Origin: Eubacteriales bacterium
GTDB taxonomy: Bacteria; Bacillota; Clostridia; Oscillospirales; CAG-272
Assembly: GCA_045633025.1 (NCBI GenBank)
Contig: JAZQXS010000159.1
Span: 1 to 56,381, forward strand
DNA: 56,381 bases
Direction: 5' to 3'
Shown here: in pieces, positions 15,100 to 25,781 of the stretch
Position numbering within the stretch: the stretch's first letter is position 1
Layout of the letters: each line of letters begins with the position of its first letter
Translations under genes and position numbers: made by a program
The notes under the pieces: model-generated
Told to the model about the DNA's origin: nothing
What the model saw: the letters and a program-made list of their open reading frames with translations, nothing else
Databases searched by the model: none

Positions 15100-16410
15100 T
15101 TATTCCTCCGTTTCTTCGTTTATGGACGAGGTGGTGGTGGCGATCTGGTAGTCGTTAACGCTCGTCGCGTTGATGGTCATAGCCCCCGTTTCGCCAAGAG
15201 GAAGCGAGAAGGACTGAATGAGGTGCCTCTCGATAGGCGCGCCTTTTTTATCGGTCCTTTGCACCGTTACCAAGCGATTTTCCATCAGGTGGAACATCTG
15301 GGAGGACTGAATGGAGACCGATTTTTGCATAATACTCATCCGCTTCAGTTTCCATGAAGCCAGATCAATACACTGCTGGACGTTGTAGTAGTTAGCTCCC
15401 GCCTCTTTGTAGGTTTTCAGCCCGATCAGGTTTACGTTTGTGTCGGAAAGAGGGTCGTAGTTAGTCGCGCGCCCGTAAACGGGATAGTCGTCCATTCCCT
15501 CTCCCGATATGATGACGTCGTTGTAGACCTCCGTGTTCTTCGCGGACTCGGTGAGCCCGAGGAAGGTACTGTTCTGCGGAGAAAAGCTCCAAAGGATCGC
15601 CTTGTCTCCGTCCAGAACGTCGTCCTGCGACGGCTCTACGCGCAGAGTTCCCGTCTGGTCGTAGCCGATCCACGACACGAGATTATCGTTGAGAGCGAGC
15701 AGGAGCGTAGCAACGGATTCTCCCATCTGATTCGTGACCTCAAAGCCTGTATTGATACGGGGTGAGGAAATGATCTGTCCCTTGTATTCGTATTCAATGG
15801 GGGGAAGATCATTATAAAACGATGTGAACACGGGGGGAACAGGGTCGATCCACAGACGCGGGTCGGTCACGCTTTGGGAAAAATCCTTTTTGGATAAGCG
15901 CAGAACGCCCTGCATGGCGGAAAACACGTTTGTGTTTCTTTCCACGATGTATGTGTAGGGCATTTTCCCGAACAGGGATCCGTCCAGATACGCCCACTTA
16001 TCCACGAGGGAGTACGTCACCTGACGGGAGGATGGGTTAAAGGTGGTCTGGGGGTCAGACAGATAGAACACGCCCTGCGGAAGATAGAACTCTGTTCCAT
16101 CGGGAAGGATCATGCCCATCGAGAGCCTGACGCGTTCCCCGAACCATAGGTTGTTCACCGAATAGGAAAAGGCGTCGTCCAAATTGGAGATCGTTACGCT
16201 CGCCTTTCGACGGATCCCGTTCTGGAGGGACACGTTAAGCGTCCCCCCTTGAACAAACGCGCGGGAATCGTGGCGGCTTCTGTACCCTCTCTTATAGTTG
16301 TTATCCAGAAAGAACGCGACCGAATCATCGGGGTTCAAAAACTCGATACGCGTGATCTTTTGAAAAGGATGCTTCAAAGCTTCCAGATACATTTGAAATC
16401 TGTTTTGCAA
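15100..16410 (-). CDS. Tail/baseplate protein candidate (436 aa)
   Basis: Position in the tail module, downstream of the tape measure. Confidence 0.5.
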   Translation of the reverse strand: MQNRFQMYLEALKHPFQKITRIEFLNPDDSVAFFLDNNYKRGYRSRHDSRAFVQGGTLNVSLQNGIRRKASVTISNLDDAFSYSVNNLWFGERVRLSMGMILPDGTEFYLPQGVFYLSDPQTTFNPSSRQVTYSLVDKWAYLDGSLFGKMPYTYIVERNTNVFSAMQGVLRLSKKDFSQSVTDPRLWIDPVPPVFTSFYNDLPPIEYEYKGQIISSPRINTGFEVTNQMGESVATLLLALNDNLVSWIGYDQTGTLRVEPSQDDVLDGDKAILWSFSPQNSTFLGLTESAKNTEVYNDVIISGEGMDDYPVYGRATNYDPLSDTNVNLIGLKTYKEAGANYYNVQQCIDLASWKLKRMSIMQKSVSIQSSQMFHLMENRLVTVQRTDKKGAPIERHLIQSFSLPLGETGAMTINATSVNDYQIATTTSSINEETEE

Positions 16411-16423
16411 AATTTACCTCCTT

Positions 16424-19400
16424 TCAGTTGCTCCATCCCGCATCGGTCGGGAGCTGAATGATGGATAATCCACTGGCGTCTCCAACCTCCTCCCACGGCA
16501 CCGATACCGTGACCTGTTGGTATTTGGTCTTTGTGTTGATGGTCTGCGTGATGGGACCGCTTATGGCGACCATGTATACGTTCCCCTTCATGTCCTTCAG
16601 GAAAAAGGTGTTGGCGCTGGCAGAAGCCTCGTAAAGCGAGTCCATCATGGACGTGTTATCCACGTAGCGCATAGTTACGGGGTCCACGTAGCCGATAAGT
16701 GCCTGAAGCGTTCCGCTTTTTCCGACGCGGGCGACGGGTTGCTTTAGGCGGTACGGAGTGAAATTGGTGAGGAAGGATGGGGAGTTGTTGTTCGACGCGC
16801 CTCCCGCATTGACGTTGCAAGCAAAGCGGAAAACTTTGACAACGTGATAAATGTTTGGATTGGTAGCGTCCCGTGTTGCTTCGATAAGGGAATACGCCCT
16901 GAACTGCTTGCAGAAGGGCGTAGCGGATACGTCCGCGCCAAAGAACGCCCCGTCTGCATCGACGTAGAATTTCTCATACACATACGACGTCGCGCTTGCA
17001 ATGCCGTAATCCTTCATCTGCTGGACGTCAGAATCTACCTCGGAAAGCAGGGTAAGATCCGTTCCGTCTGCCTTTTTGCGGTAAATAACGGTATCTACAG
17101 ACGTTGATTGCGACACGCCAGCCGATAGCGTTCCGCTTGCAAAATCCGTGAGCATGTAGGTATAGCGGTTCCAAACAGGAGCCAAACCGCTTCCGCCTCC
17201 GTCGGTATCAAACCCATATACATACTGATAGGTGAGTGGCATTGCGGAATTTGAGGAATATCCTATTTTTACGCTGGAAACGGTCGCGGGAAGCGTCGTT
17301 GGCGGAGAAAGAACGCCACTGTCTCCGTTTGAAAAAGTAAACCGCGCAATATTTTGCGATGCGTCTTTCTCAAACTCAACGTATGCTGATGTTGCAGAAG
17401 GACGAATCACAGTGCTATTGCTCGCAAGATTGTATGTAGAGATAATGTTCCGCGTAATGAGCATATTTGATATTTGATAAAACGAGTAACTACCAACGGT
17501 TAAGATTGCGCCGTAATCGTTTAAGATATTTACCCCGAACGCAGAAAAGGTTATGCTGTTCGCCCGGGGAGCTTCCAGCGCATACAAAACATCGGAGTTG
17601 ATGGCAAAAGCTACGTTGCCATCAAAGTATTCCAAAGCCACACCGCTAAAGGAATTTCCATCATCCATCCATGCGATTACGCAGATGAAGTTGTCGTTAA
17701 GAACCAAGTTGTAAGTGTATGTATGGAGCGTGCCGCTAACCCCCTTATTGTAGGAATAAGTGCCAAGGAGACGAAGCCTTGCGGGATAGGAAGGAACTTC
17801 AAATGAAATTTTTGCGGTAGAGAGGTCTACGCCACTACCCGAATATGTTACAAGATATGCGTCACCACCCAAAAACAGCAAATTTCCATCTCCCAAAAAC
17901 TTCATAACGGTAACGCCAGCGTGTGTTGCGATGCGGGTAAACGTCGAGGAGGTACTTTCATAGACGAATTGCCACACGCCGCTTGCAGTGTAAGAGGAAA
18001 ACACGGCGCACGGATTTCCGTTTATTTCAGTGGGCGATATCGCGCCCGAAATAAACTGGACACCTGTAGGCATAGAGAAAGAATATCCTCCGTTTATATC
18101 AACGGTGTCATTTGAAAAAGTAACGTCATGAAATATCACGCGCGCCTGTTCAATGAACACGGCATATTCAGAGTTGGCGGTAAAGCCGATCATGTAAGGC
18201 TCCGCCTTCTGAACATAATTGACACCAACGTTTCCCACCGTCTCGGCAACGAACACGTAGGACGATCGGTTCCAAACAATATCGCTTTCGTTCGTTGTGT
18301 TGATTTGCCTTGTGAGAACAAAGGGGTACAGTCCGCTGTCGGGGGTTGCCTTTTGCGAAAAAATAATATTTACACACCCACTCAGCCCCGACAAATGAGG
18401 ATCGGACTCCTTCAGGGTTTGAACCAGATAAAGAGAGCCAGAGTCCAGCACCTGATAGATAAGTGCATATGACGTGGACGTGTCTCCAAGTCGCATAAAC
18501 GTTCCCGTCACCACCAACATTTTTCCGTCGGGGCTAAATTCACAGTTCGCGGCATTAAACGAGGAAAACCCGCGTTGCATCTGCGTGAAAGAGAGCTTGA
18601 TAGCAGGATCCACGTCAATCATCGCGCCGATGGAGTAATTCCCCGTAATATCCACGTCCCACGTCACATAAGCGTCATTGTTCAAAGTGAGGCGGTCGTT
18701 CTCAAAGGTTCCGTAATCAGTGGTGGGGCTTGGGGTGCCGTTGTTGACGACGGAATCCGCCCACCCAAGAAGCGCACAGTCGTCGTTGTCGGCGCAGGAA
18801 AGCGTCAACGTCTGGATTGCAGATGCTTCATCGTAGGAAACGGTAAAGCTCTGCCAGCCCGTCGTGACCTGTTGACCGCCAGAGGTTTCCACGGTGCATC
18901 GAATGGAGTAGGTACCGCTTTGGAATCCGAAATACTGATAGGATAGAATTGCGGTCGGTACGTTTCCCGTGTCGTCCAAAATCGTCGCGCCGTCAGCCCC
19001 TTGCGCAAGCTCCCAGCGTACCCAGTTGATCGCGTCCCCCTGTGCCTGTGCATAGGTTGCGGTAAAATCGGCGGAAGCGGAAGAAATATCGCCGTCGGGA
19101 AGATTCAAAGTAAGCGTCGGGAGAGATTTGCAATAGAATACGGAATCGGAATACTGTGCGACACTGTTTTCCATCGCACTTCCCCAGTATTGCGTGATCT
19201 TGAGCTTGTACGCTCCAGGTCCATTTGATACGCCGACAGTTCCTCCCCACGTCGCTCCCGATGGTGCGTAGGTATAGTAATTCGGATTTCCCTTTGCGTC
19301 CGTTCCGTAAAAGGGATTGGCTGTCAAATCAACGGTAACAGACCATATATTCGTCGATTCCGCATCGTTTTGGAACACCTCCAGCATAAAGCCCGTCATG

Positions 19401-19516
19401 GGCGAATTTCCGTTGACCTGCCAGGAGACCACCAAAGGGTCGCTCGCGGATACCACGCTCTCGGTAAGACCCGAAAACGTGGAAGGAATGATATTGCTTG
19501 GTTGAAAGATTGCCAT
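16424..19516 (-). CDS. Large tail-tip/baseplate structural protein candidate (1030 aa)
   Basis: Immediately downstream of the tape measure. Composition looks beta-rich. Confidence 0.5.
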   Translation of the reverse strand: MAIFQPSNIIPSTFSGLTESVVSASDPLVVSWQVNGNSPMTGFMLEVFQNDAESTNIWSVTVDLTANPFYGTDAKGNPNYYTYAPSGATWGGTVGVSNGPGAYKLKITQYWGSAMENSVAQYSDSVFYCKSLPTLTLNLPDGDISSASADFTATYAQAQGDAINWVRWELAQGADGATILDDTGNVPTAILSYQYFGFQSGTYSIRCTVETSGGQQVTTGWQSFTVSYDEASAIQTLTLSCADNDDCALLGWADSVVNNGTPSPTTDYGTFENDRLTLNNDAYVTWDVDITGNYSIGAMIDVDPAIKLSFTQMQRGFSSFNAANCEFSPDGKMLVVTGTFMRLGDTSTSYALIYQVLDSGSLYLVQTLKESDPHLSGLSGCVNIIFSQKATPDSGLYPFVLTRQINTTNESDIVWNRSSYVFVAETVGNVGVNYVQKAEPYMIGFTANSEYAVFIEQARVIFHDVTFSNDTVDINGGYSFSMPTGVQFISGAISPTEINGNPCAVFSSYTASGVWQFVYESTSSTFTRIATHAGVTVMKFLGDGNLLFLGGDAYLVTYSGSGVDLSTAKISFEVPSYPARLRLLGTYSYNKGVSGTLHTYTYNLVLNDNFICVIAWMDDGNSFSGVALEYFDGNVAFAINSDVLYALEAPRANSITFSAFGVNILNDYGAILTVGSYSFYQISNMLITRNIISTYNLASNSTVIRPSATSAYVEFEKDASQNIARFTFSNGDSGVLSPPTTLPATVSSVKIGYSSNSAMPLTYQYVYGFDTDGGGSGLAPVWNRYTYMLTDFASGTLSAGVSQSTSVDTVIYRKKADGTDLTLLSEVDSDVQQMKDYGIASATSYVYEKFYVDADGAFFGADVSATPFCKQFRAYSLIEATRDATNPNIYHVVKVFRFACNVNAGGASNNNSPSFLTNFTPYRLKQPVARVGKSGTLQALIGYVDPVTMRYVDNTSMMDSLYEASASANTFFLKDMKGNVYMVAISGPITQTINTKTKYQQVTVSVPWEEVGDASGLSIIQLPTDAGWSN

Positions 19517-19527
19517 AAAAACCTCCT

Positions 19528-22500
19528 TTAGTTTTGGAAAAGATCGGTATTTTCAAAAAGTTGTGCGACGGTGTAGGTCTGGGCGGTTTCTTGGGGAATC
19601 GGAACGCCGTTGACGTAATAATACTTATCGTGGCTGTCGGCTCCCTTTTCGGTTACGTAAGACGCCGTTGCCGTGTTGTCGGATGCTCCCGTCATTACCC
19701 CCATGGATTGCAGCTGCGAGAAAAACGAACTGTTTTCGGGTAGCTGAATCGACCCCGTATACCCGACCAAAGATTCCGTAACGGTAGGCTTGTCGAGGTC
19801 AATCCCGTAGTTTTCTTTGAAAAAGTTTTTGATGCCATCCGCCCACGCGTCATCCTCTCCGTTGGGCGTCCATTTTGCAATGATGGAAAGAATGGCAGCG
19901 TTGGTGACGTTCCCCGCCCCAAGGAGCTTTTCTATCTCATCGTAGGCGGCTTCCTCCATCTCGTAGCGCGCCTTTTCCAAGTCCTCCTCTGCCTCGGCAA
20001 TGGCTTTTTCGTTCTGCCGATATTCAAACATACCAGTAGACCTGTTGAAAACGCGGACGGTGCGGTCGTTCATGGCGTTTTCCAGTGCCCTCTCCGCGTC
20101 AAGGACAGCCTTCTTTTTCTCCTCGTACTCGTAGGATTCCTTCGACGCGTCGCGCATTTCCTTAAACTGCTCCAAGAGCTTCGACATAACGGAATCACTC
20201 AAATCCGACAGGGAGTTTGTCATCTTTGCCGTCTCCTCGGAGGTGTCCTGCGTCAAGCCGTAGAGCTTTTCCATTGCTTCATCAGCAGTTATAACACCGT
20301 TGATAAGATCTTCATAAATCTGAGCTTGCTCGGCAGTTTTCAAGGCATTATTGTATTTGTCATCATTGAGCGAGTCTAAAATCGTCTCGAGTTCAGTTTT
20401 CATTAGAGATGCTTGGTCTGCTGTTAGCCCTTCATCCTCATAATGAGCGCTGATGTAGGAGATCATCTTCTGCAAATCCGCTATTTTTTGCTCTCTTGTG
20501 CCACCAAGATTAAAACCAACCTGTGATTTTCCGATATAGGAGCTTGGTTCAAAATAGCCAAGCACGAAATCGCCAATACCTCCAAGCATATCACCATTTG
20601 CGAACTTACCAATCGATTCTGCCCAGTTTTCCAAAAAGGTGAGACCAAGATAGGAATTTATAGACGCATTCTGCACTCCCGAATTTTTGATAATACTTTC
20701 CAGTATATCTTTATTTTCACCGTGCTCAAATTCTCCCCATCCATCACCCCATGTATCTCCAGATGTAAGTAACCAATCCGATTTTATACTTCCACTATCG
20801 TTTACCGTTCCCCTTGCTATCTCAATGGCACTCTTGTTCTGTTCAAGCCAAGCGGAGGCGTGTTGCTTTAGCATTTCCTCGCTGATCTCTTTGGTATAAC
20901 CCAACTGTTCCGCGAGATTACCGTTGACGAGATCGAGACTGTCGGCGTATTTGTTGGTGCTTTCGACGAGTTTGTTCTGAATGGAAAGCAATTCGCTTTC
21001 TGCCGATTGAACCTCATCATCGGAGCTTGACAGATTATCCTTGATGGCGCGCAATTCCTCGATCCGCGTGGTATAATTGGCGATCGCCTCCGCTTGCTTA
21101 CGGTAGGCTTCCGTGGCGTCAAGAGCACTCTTGACCGTTTTTTCGTTGGCTTCTTGTGCTTCTTCCTCTTTCTTCTTTATTTCATCATAGATCGTTTCAA
21201 AAGCTCCAACTGCGGCAGAGATTGCAATCAATATAGCTCCAACAACACCGAGTGCGGCGTTCAGATTAGTAGCAGCCGTGGCGGCACTACTGAATGCCGT
21301 TACCATAGTTCTCCCCATCGAAATGATCATCTTAATCATTTGCTCACCAAATAAGGTAATTGCAAGCGTAGAAACAGACAGTAAAACGGTTTCTAAACCG
21401 CCTACCGCTTTAAGAACGAAAAGAAATCCATTAGCAATATCAGCCAATGTCTTCTTCAGCGACAAAAATCCCTGCTCGTCGTTGGCAAGGGATTGCCATG
21501 CGGCTTTGAGGGAGTTGACCTTTGCCTCGTAGGTGTCCATGTAAAGGAGGTTTTCCTGCTGGGAATACTGCTCGACGTCTTGCATCTCATCGATGGCTTC
21601 CTCTACCTCGTCCAAATTGTCAAGGAGCGCGATAAAATAGTTTTGGCGGTAATTTCCTGCCGTTCCATAGATCTCGGCAAACTGGTCCTCTATCTGCGTC
21701 AGCTCTGCCGCGAGATCGCTGTCAAGATCCACGTCACCGAAAACCTCGCTCAAAAGCCCCTTCTTGCCCTCCATACGACCAAGCTCATCGCCCAGCCCTT
21801 TCCACACTTCAAGGATACTGGATTGACCTGCTCGGTAGCTCTTTACCGTCTGTTCCATGCTCTCGGACAGGCTTGCAAAGGTATCGAGTGCCTTTTGGTC
21901 GGACGAAAAGATAAACAGAGAGCGCAGGGCGTTACCGATGTTCTGTCCACTTGCCGCAGTTCCCTCGGAGAGCGCGGTGATGAGCGCGACGGTCTCGTTC
22001 AATTCAAGTCCTGCGTTTTTCGCCGTAGAACCCGTCTTTTGAAGAGCTATGAGCAATTCCTCGGTCGTGACGGCGGCATTGTCGGACGTCTTGTTTAACA
22101 GACCGATTATGTAATTTAAGCTCTCGACCTCCTTGTCAAACTGCTTCATGATCGCAATCAATCCCTCGGAGGATTGCTCGGCGTCCAGCTCGGCTACGTT
22201 CATGGAGATCAGAGCCGCCTCCGCCGCCTTGATCGCATCTGCCCAGTCGTATCCACTCTTTGCGAAATTCTCGGTTACGTCCGCGACGTTTTCAAAGGTC
22301 TGCCCGTATTTCTGCGCGAGGTCATAAAGCTCATCGGCGTTTGCCGCCTGTCCCGCCACACGACGCAGGGCAATGACGCGCTTCTCGGTCTCCACCAGCG
22401 TCTCATTCAGATCCTCCAATGCCTGTCGCATAAGCTGGATGGGCTTCATCACGGCGGTCATAGCCACATTCCATTTGATAACATTCGGGATCATCGTCGC

Positions 22501-22869
22501 AAGGCTCTCGGAATGCTTCTTCGTGGATTCGGTTGCGGTTTTCGTGGTCTTGGTTGTTCGTTCCTGTGCCTTGGACAGGTCAAGCTCCGCTTTTTGAGCG
22601 CGGGCTTTCGCTCTGTTGGCATCCTCCGTCGCTTTGATTCGTTTTTGCTCCTGAATCTCGTTGTGGTAGTTTACCTTTGTGTTCTTCTCCACGACTTTGG
22701 AAAGCTCTTTGTAGTATTTCGTGAGAGAATTGATCTGCGCCGTTAGATTGGGATCCACCTTGACGCTTGAAAGCGTTGTAGCGATGGATTTGACGGTCTT
22801 TTCAAGCCCTTGAAGCTGTGCCTGCGACTGCTTGACTTGTGTTTCAACGTTCAGTATGATTTTTGCCAT
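19528..22869 (-). CDS. Tail tape measure protein (TP901-type core)
   Basis: 1113 aa. Coiled-coil N-terminus, core ...NVAELDAEQSSEGLIAIMKQF...TTEELLIALQKTGSTAKNAGL...ALITALSEGTAASGQNIGNALRS, and internal TM segments. Confidence 0.85.
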   Translation of the reverse strand: MAKIILNVETQVKQSQAQLQGLEKTVKSIATTLSSVKVDPNLTAQINSLTKYYKELSKVVEKNTKVNYHNEIQEQKRIKATEDANRAKARAQKAELDLSKAQERTTKTTKTATESTKKHSESLATMIPNVIKWNVAMTAVMKPIQLMRQALEDLNETLVETEKRVIALRRVAGQAANADELYDLAQKYGQTFENVADVTENFAKSGYDWADAIKAAEAALISMNVAELDAEQSSEGLIAIMKQFDKEVESLNYIIGLLNKTSDNAAVTTEELLIALQKTGSTAKNAGLELNETVALITALSEGTAASGQNIGNALRSLFIFSSDQKALDTFASLSESMEQTVKSYRAGQSSILEVWKGLGDELGRMEGKKGLLSEVFGDVDLDSDLAAELTQIEDQFAEIYGTAGNYRQNYFIALLDNLDEVEEAIDEMQDVEQYSQQENLLYMDTYEAKVNSLKAAWQSLANDEQGFLSLKKTLADIANGFLFVLKAVGGLETVLLSVSTLAITLFGEQMIKMIISMGRTMVTAFSSAATAATNLNAALGVVGAILIAISAAVGAFETIYDEIKKKEEEAQEANEKTVKSALDATEAYRKQAEAIANYTTRIEELRAIKDNLSSSDDEVQSAESELLSIQNKLVESTNKYADSLDLVNGNLAEQLGYTKEISEEMLKQHASAWLEQNKSAIEIARGTVNDSGSIKSDWLLTSGDTWGDGWGEFEHGENKDILESIIKNSGVQNASINSYLGLTFLENWAESIGKFANGDMLGGIGDFVLGYFEPSSYIGKSQVGFNLGGTREQKIADLQKMISYISAHYEDEGLTADQASLMKTELETILDSLNDDKYNNALKTAEQAQIYEDLINGVITADEAMEKLYGLTQDTSEETAKMTNSLSDLSDSVMSKLLEQFKEMRDASKESYEYEEKKKAVLDAERALENAMNDRTVRVFNRSTGMFEYRQNEKAIAEAEEDLEKARYEMEEAAYDEIEKLLGAGNVTNAAILSIIAKWTPNGEDDAWADGIKNFFKENYGIDLDKPTVTESLVGYTGSIQLPENSSFFSQLQSMGVMTGASDNTATASYVTEKGADSHDKYYYVNGVPIPQETAQTYTVAQLFENTDLFQN

Positions 22870-22891
22870 CTTTTCTCTTTCCTTTCAAAAC

Positions 22892-23467
22892 TTAAAACGG
22901 TAATTCTTCCATATACTCTGCGGGCATAAGCTCGTCCCCGTCTGCGACCACGTCATTCTCCCCGCCTTCCGCCAGAACACGGTAAAACGGTCGCATACCC
23001 GCGCCGAAATTTGAAATGATACGACCGTTTAACTGGTCGTTCACAAAATTGTTCCAGAAAGGACGGGCGGGAATCATCGAGTGTCCCATCGAATGAGAGT
23101 GTTGTGCCCACTCGATCAAATCGTCGGGGTCTCGCGGAAGCGGAAAGCGATCCCATGTCTCGTATAACTTGTGAGACGTATTCGGAATATAGTGAAACAC
23201 CATCGTTTTTCCGTGAATTTCCGTAAAGTAGGATTCCCGTTCCATCATGGAAAGCCCGTGTTCAGGGTTTTCCCGTCGGCGTTCATATTCCTTTGGCTCG
23301 TAGGCATCATAAAAGTCCTTTTGGATATGCTCTTGCAGATTGTAGATCATTTCCGAGCCGACGCGGTTGAGCGCATTCGGAATCCGCGAATTTATCTTTT
23401 TAACTTCCTCGCGCAGATCACGATAGAGCTCCTCCGTGCCAATCACGCGAACATTGAAAAAAGACAT
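22892..23467 (-). CDS. Hypothetical virion-module protein (191 aa) ending in EELPF
   Basis: ORF directly upstream of the tape measure. Confidence 0.55.
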   Translation of the reverse strand: MSFFNVRVIGTEELYRDLREEVKKINSRIPNALNRVGSEMIYNLQEHIQKDFYDAYEPKEYERRRENPEHGLSMMERESYFTEIHGKTMVFHYIPNTSHKLYETWDRFPLPRDPDDLIEWAQHSHSMGHSMIPARPFWNNFVNDQLNGRIISNFGAGMRPFYRVLAEGGENDVVADGDELMPAEYMEELPF

Positions 23468-23535
23468 TTATCATACCTCCATTCTTTATTTTGAAAAATG
23501 CCACCGCCCCCTTGAGGACGGTGGCAAAGATACCG

Positions 23536-24699
23536 TTAGTTTGCTGCCGTAGTTTCTACCGTGATACTGGTACTGATATTCGTACCCTTGACGGTGAAGG
23601 TGACGGTGGTCGGATAAGGACCTTCCTCCGAAGAAGGCAGAAACGCCGTCATGTTGCCCGTAAAGTCACCTGCGGCGTTCTTTGCGAACAAGACGCCTTC
23701 CGTGGAGGTTCCGCTTACCGCAGTGGGCTCGATGAGCGAATAGTCAGCCGTTACGATGCTTCCGTTCTCCATGACGAATACCGTAGGAATGGAGAAGGTC
23801 GTTCCGTCTGCAACCGTGTACGTTGAGCCAACGCCGACGAACGCAATGCGCTTGATGCCGCTTGTCACCTCGCAAGGCGCGTAGATGTAATATGCGTAGT
23901 TGGACGTGTCCGTTCCGCACGCGGTGCATTCCATCATCGTTCTCTCGGGCAGAACTGCCGTCCAGTCATACGAGGTGGTGGAATTGGAGGTCTGGTTTGC
24001 GCTCGTTCCTGCGTCACCCGTAAACTGCGCGCGCGGGACCACCAGATACAGATAGCCCTGAAGCGTTCCGTTGGAGACCTTGTCGTTGACCTTTGCGTAG
24101 ACCGCATACTTGATGGTAAGAGATACCACGCTGGGGTCGAAATTGGAGCTCAACGGAAGAACCTGACAGGTGGAGGAATTGACGAAATAGAAAATGTCGT
24201 ACTGCTGACCCTCGACCGCGCCAGCGTAGCCCGAAACGGTATTACCTCCGACGGGAATGGAGCAAGCCGCGCCGTCAAAGGTGGCTGCCCCGTGGACACG
24301 CACGTATGCCCATGCGGTCGTGTCTGCGCTTCCCTGCGCATAGGACTTTGCCGCCGCCTTGGTGGTGGTAAGGGTGCCACCCGTACCAGCCGTTACCGTC
24401 TCGCAATAGGAGATCACGCCACCATAGTTGACCTGACCGCCCGTTGCAAGGGCTCTCTGCTGAAGCGAAAACGCCTGGGAGGTCAGCGTTCCACTGATTC
24501 TCGTAGTGTCGGGAATGTTCATCAAGAGAGCATTGCCCAAGCCGCCCGTGATCTCTCCCATGTTTACGGAGGTGGTAACAGCACTCTCCGAGGATACGTT
24601 GTCATAACCAACGATGTTGCCCGTGGAAGGATCGGTGACGATAACGTCAACCATACCCTTGACAAAGAGATTCGGGCTTCCCAATGTAATAGAGTTCAT
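23536..24699 (-). CDS. Major tail protein candidate (387 aa)
   Basis: AAGGAG RBS before the internal ATG at 24699. Position upstream of the tape measure. Ser/Thr/Gly-rich. Confidence 0.45.
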   Translation of the reverse strand: MNSITLGSPNLFVKGMVDVIVTDPSTGNIVGYDNVSSESAVTTSVNMGEITGGLGNALLMNIPDTTRISGTLTSQAFSLQQRALATGGQVNYGGVISYCETVTAGTGGTLTTTKAAAKSYAQGSADTTAWAYVRVHGAATFDGAACSIPVGGNTVSGYAGAVEGQQYDIFYFVNSSTCQVLPLSSNFDPSVVSLTIKYAVYAKVNDKVSNGTLQGYLYLVVPRAQFTGDAGTSANQTSNSTTSYDWTAVLPERTMMECTACGTDTSNYAYYIYAPCEVTSGIKRIAFVGVGSTYTVADGTTFSIPTVFVMENGSIVTADYSLIEPTAVSGTSTEGVLFAKNAAGDFTGNMTAFLPSSEEGPYPTTVTFTVKGTNISTSITVETTAAN

Positions 24700-24715
24700 A
24701 TTTTTTCTCCTTTTC

Positions 24716-25531
24716 TTAGTTTTTAAGTTGTACGCCGTCAACCGCAATAGAGGCTAACGACTTTGTTCCGAGGGATTCGTCCAAGGCGTCGTAACACCAA
24801 GACGGGCACGGATTTCCGTTCTTGAACTTCACCATGCCGCCCATCTCGGCTTGTCCATAAAGAGTGTAATGCTTGTCCCGGTCGATGGCACGCTTCCGCG
24901 CCTCAAACTCCCTAACCGACCAAAGCATCACGTCCTTCTCTCGACAGTGTGACAAGTAAGCCACGGATGAGATGAGATCGTCGAGGTTCGATTTCAGTTC
25001 CCTTGCGTTTCGGCTGTCAAATTTCTTTTTCTGCTCGTTCGCAAGCACCAATTCGGGATTTTCATTTTCGTCGGGAAGCTCCAAGCCGTTCAACGCGGCT
25101 ATGACAGGTCTTATACGGTGGGACAGGTCGCTCGGCTTCAAAAGCACCTCGGTATCCCCTTGCACGACCGCGATAGATTCTATATCCACTCTGTCTTTTA
25201 AGGTCCTGTATCGGATAGCCCCCTCTTTTTGCGTGTTCAAGCTCTCTATCCGCAAAGAAAGCTCCAATAACTTCAAAAAGCGAGATACCAATCCAATACC
25301 TTTTCCCGTTTTCTTCAAGGTGTCCAGCTCCAGTCCAAAGAGAGCCGAAAAATAGTCTCTCGTCATGTACTCGACAGGGAGCGAGCGCAAGCGGACCAGC
25401 AGGGCGTTTTTGCAGAGAAGGAAGGTCTCGTAGTCGGTCATCAAGATGGGATAGATCTTCAATCCGCAGACGGTTACAGGGAGTCCCCTGCGGATAGTCG
25501 ATTTCATTTCAGAAGTCAAACCTTGGCTCAT
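24716..25531 (-). CDS. Hypothetical protein (271 aa)
   Basis: Long ORF in the structural operon. Confidence 0.55.
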   Translation of the reverse strand: MSQGLTSEMKSTIRRGLPVTVCGLKIYPILMTDYETFLLCKNALLVRLRSLPVEYMTRDYFSALFGLELDTLKKTGKGIGLVSRFLKLLELSLRIESLNTQKEGAIRYRTLKDRVDIESIAVVQGDTEVLLKPSDLSHRIRPVIAALNGLELPDENENPELVLANEQKKKFDSRNARELKSNLDDLISSVAYLSHCREKDVMLWSVREFEARKRAIDRDKHYTLYGQAEMGGMVKFKNGNPCPSWCYDALDESLGTKSLASIAVDGVQLKN

Positions 25532-25567
25532 TATTTTTTACTTGCCTCCGTTTTTCTATATCAATCC

Positions 25568-25780
25568 CTATCGGGAATGATTCATTTTTGCGTAGCACTC
25601 CTTTGCCTCGTCCGTGTTCTCCGCTTGCCCCGAGCAGGAACAATGTGATTGATACAAGCAGTAGGCTTGGAGTGCCTTTTGAATGTCAGTGAGAGCATTC
25701 TCATCCGAAGCCTTCGCGCGGCACATGATAAAGGCGTGACGCGGACTTCTTATCTGATTGGGGCATTTATAGCGCGCCAT
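25568..25780 (-). CDS. Small Cys-rich hypothetical protein (70 aa)
   Basis: The ATG lies 1 nt after the upstream stop. The longer 145-aa version overlaps the upstream gene. Confidence 0.4.
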   Translation of the reverse strand: MARYKCPNQIRSPRHAFIMCRAKASDENALTDIQKALQAYCLYQSHCSCSGQAENTDEAKECYAKMNHSR

Positions 25781-25781
25781 A

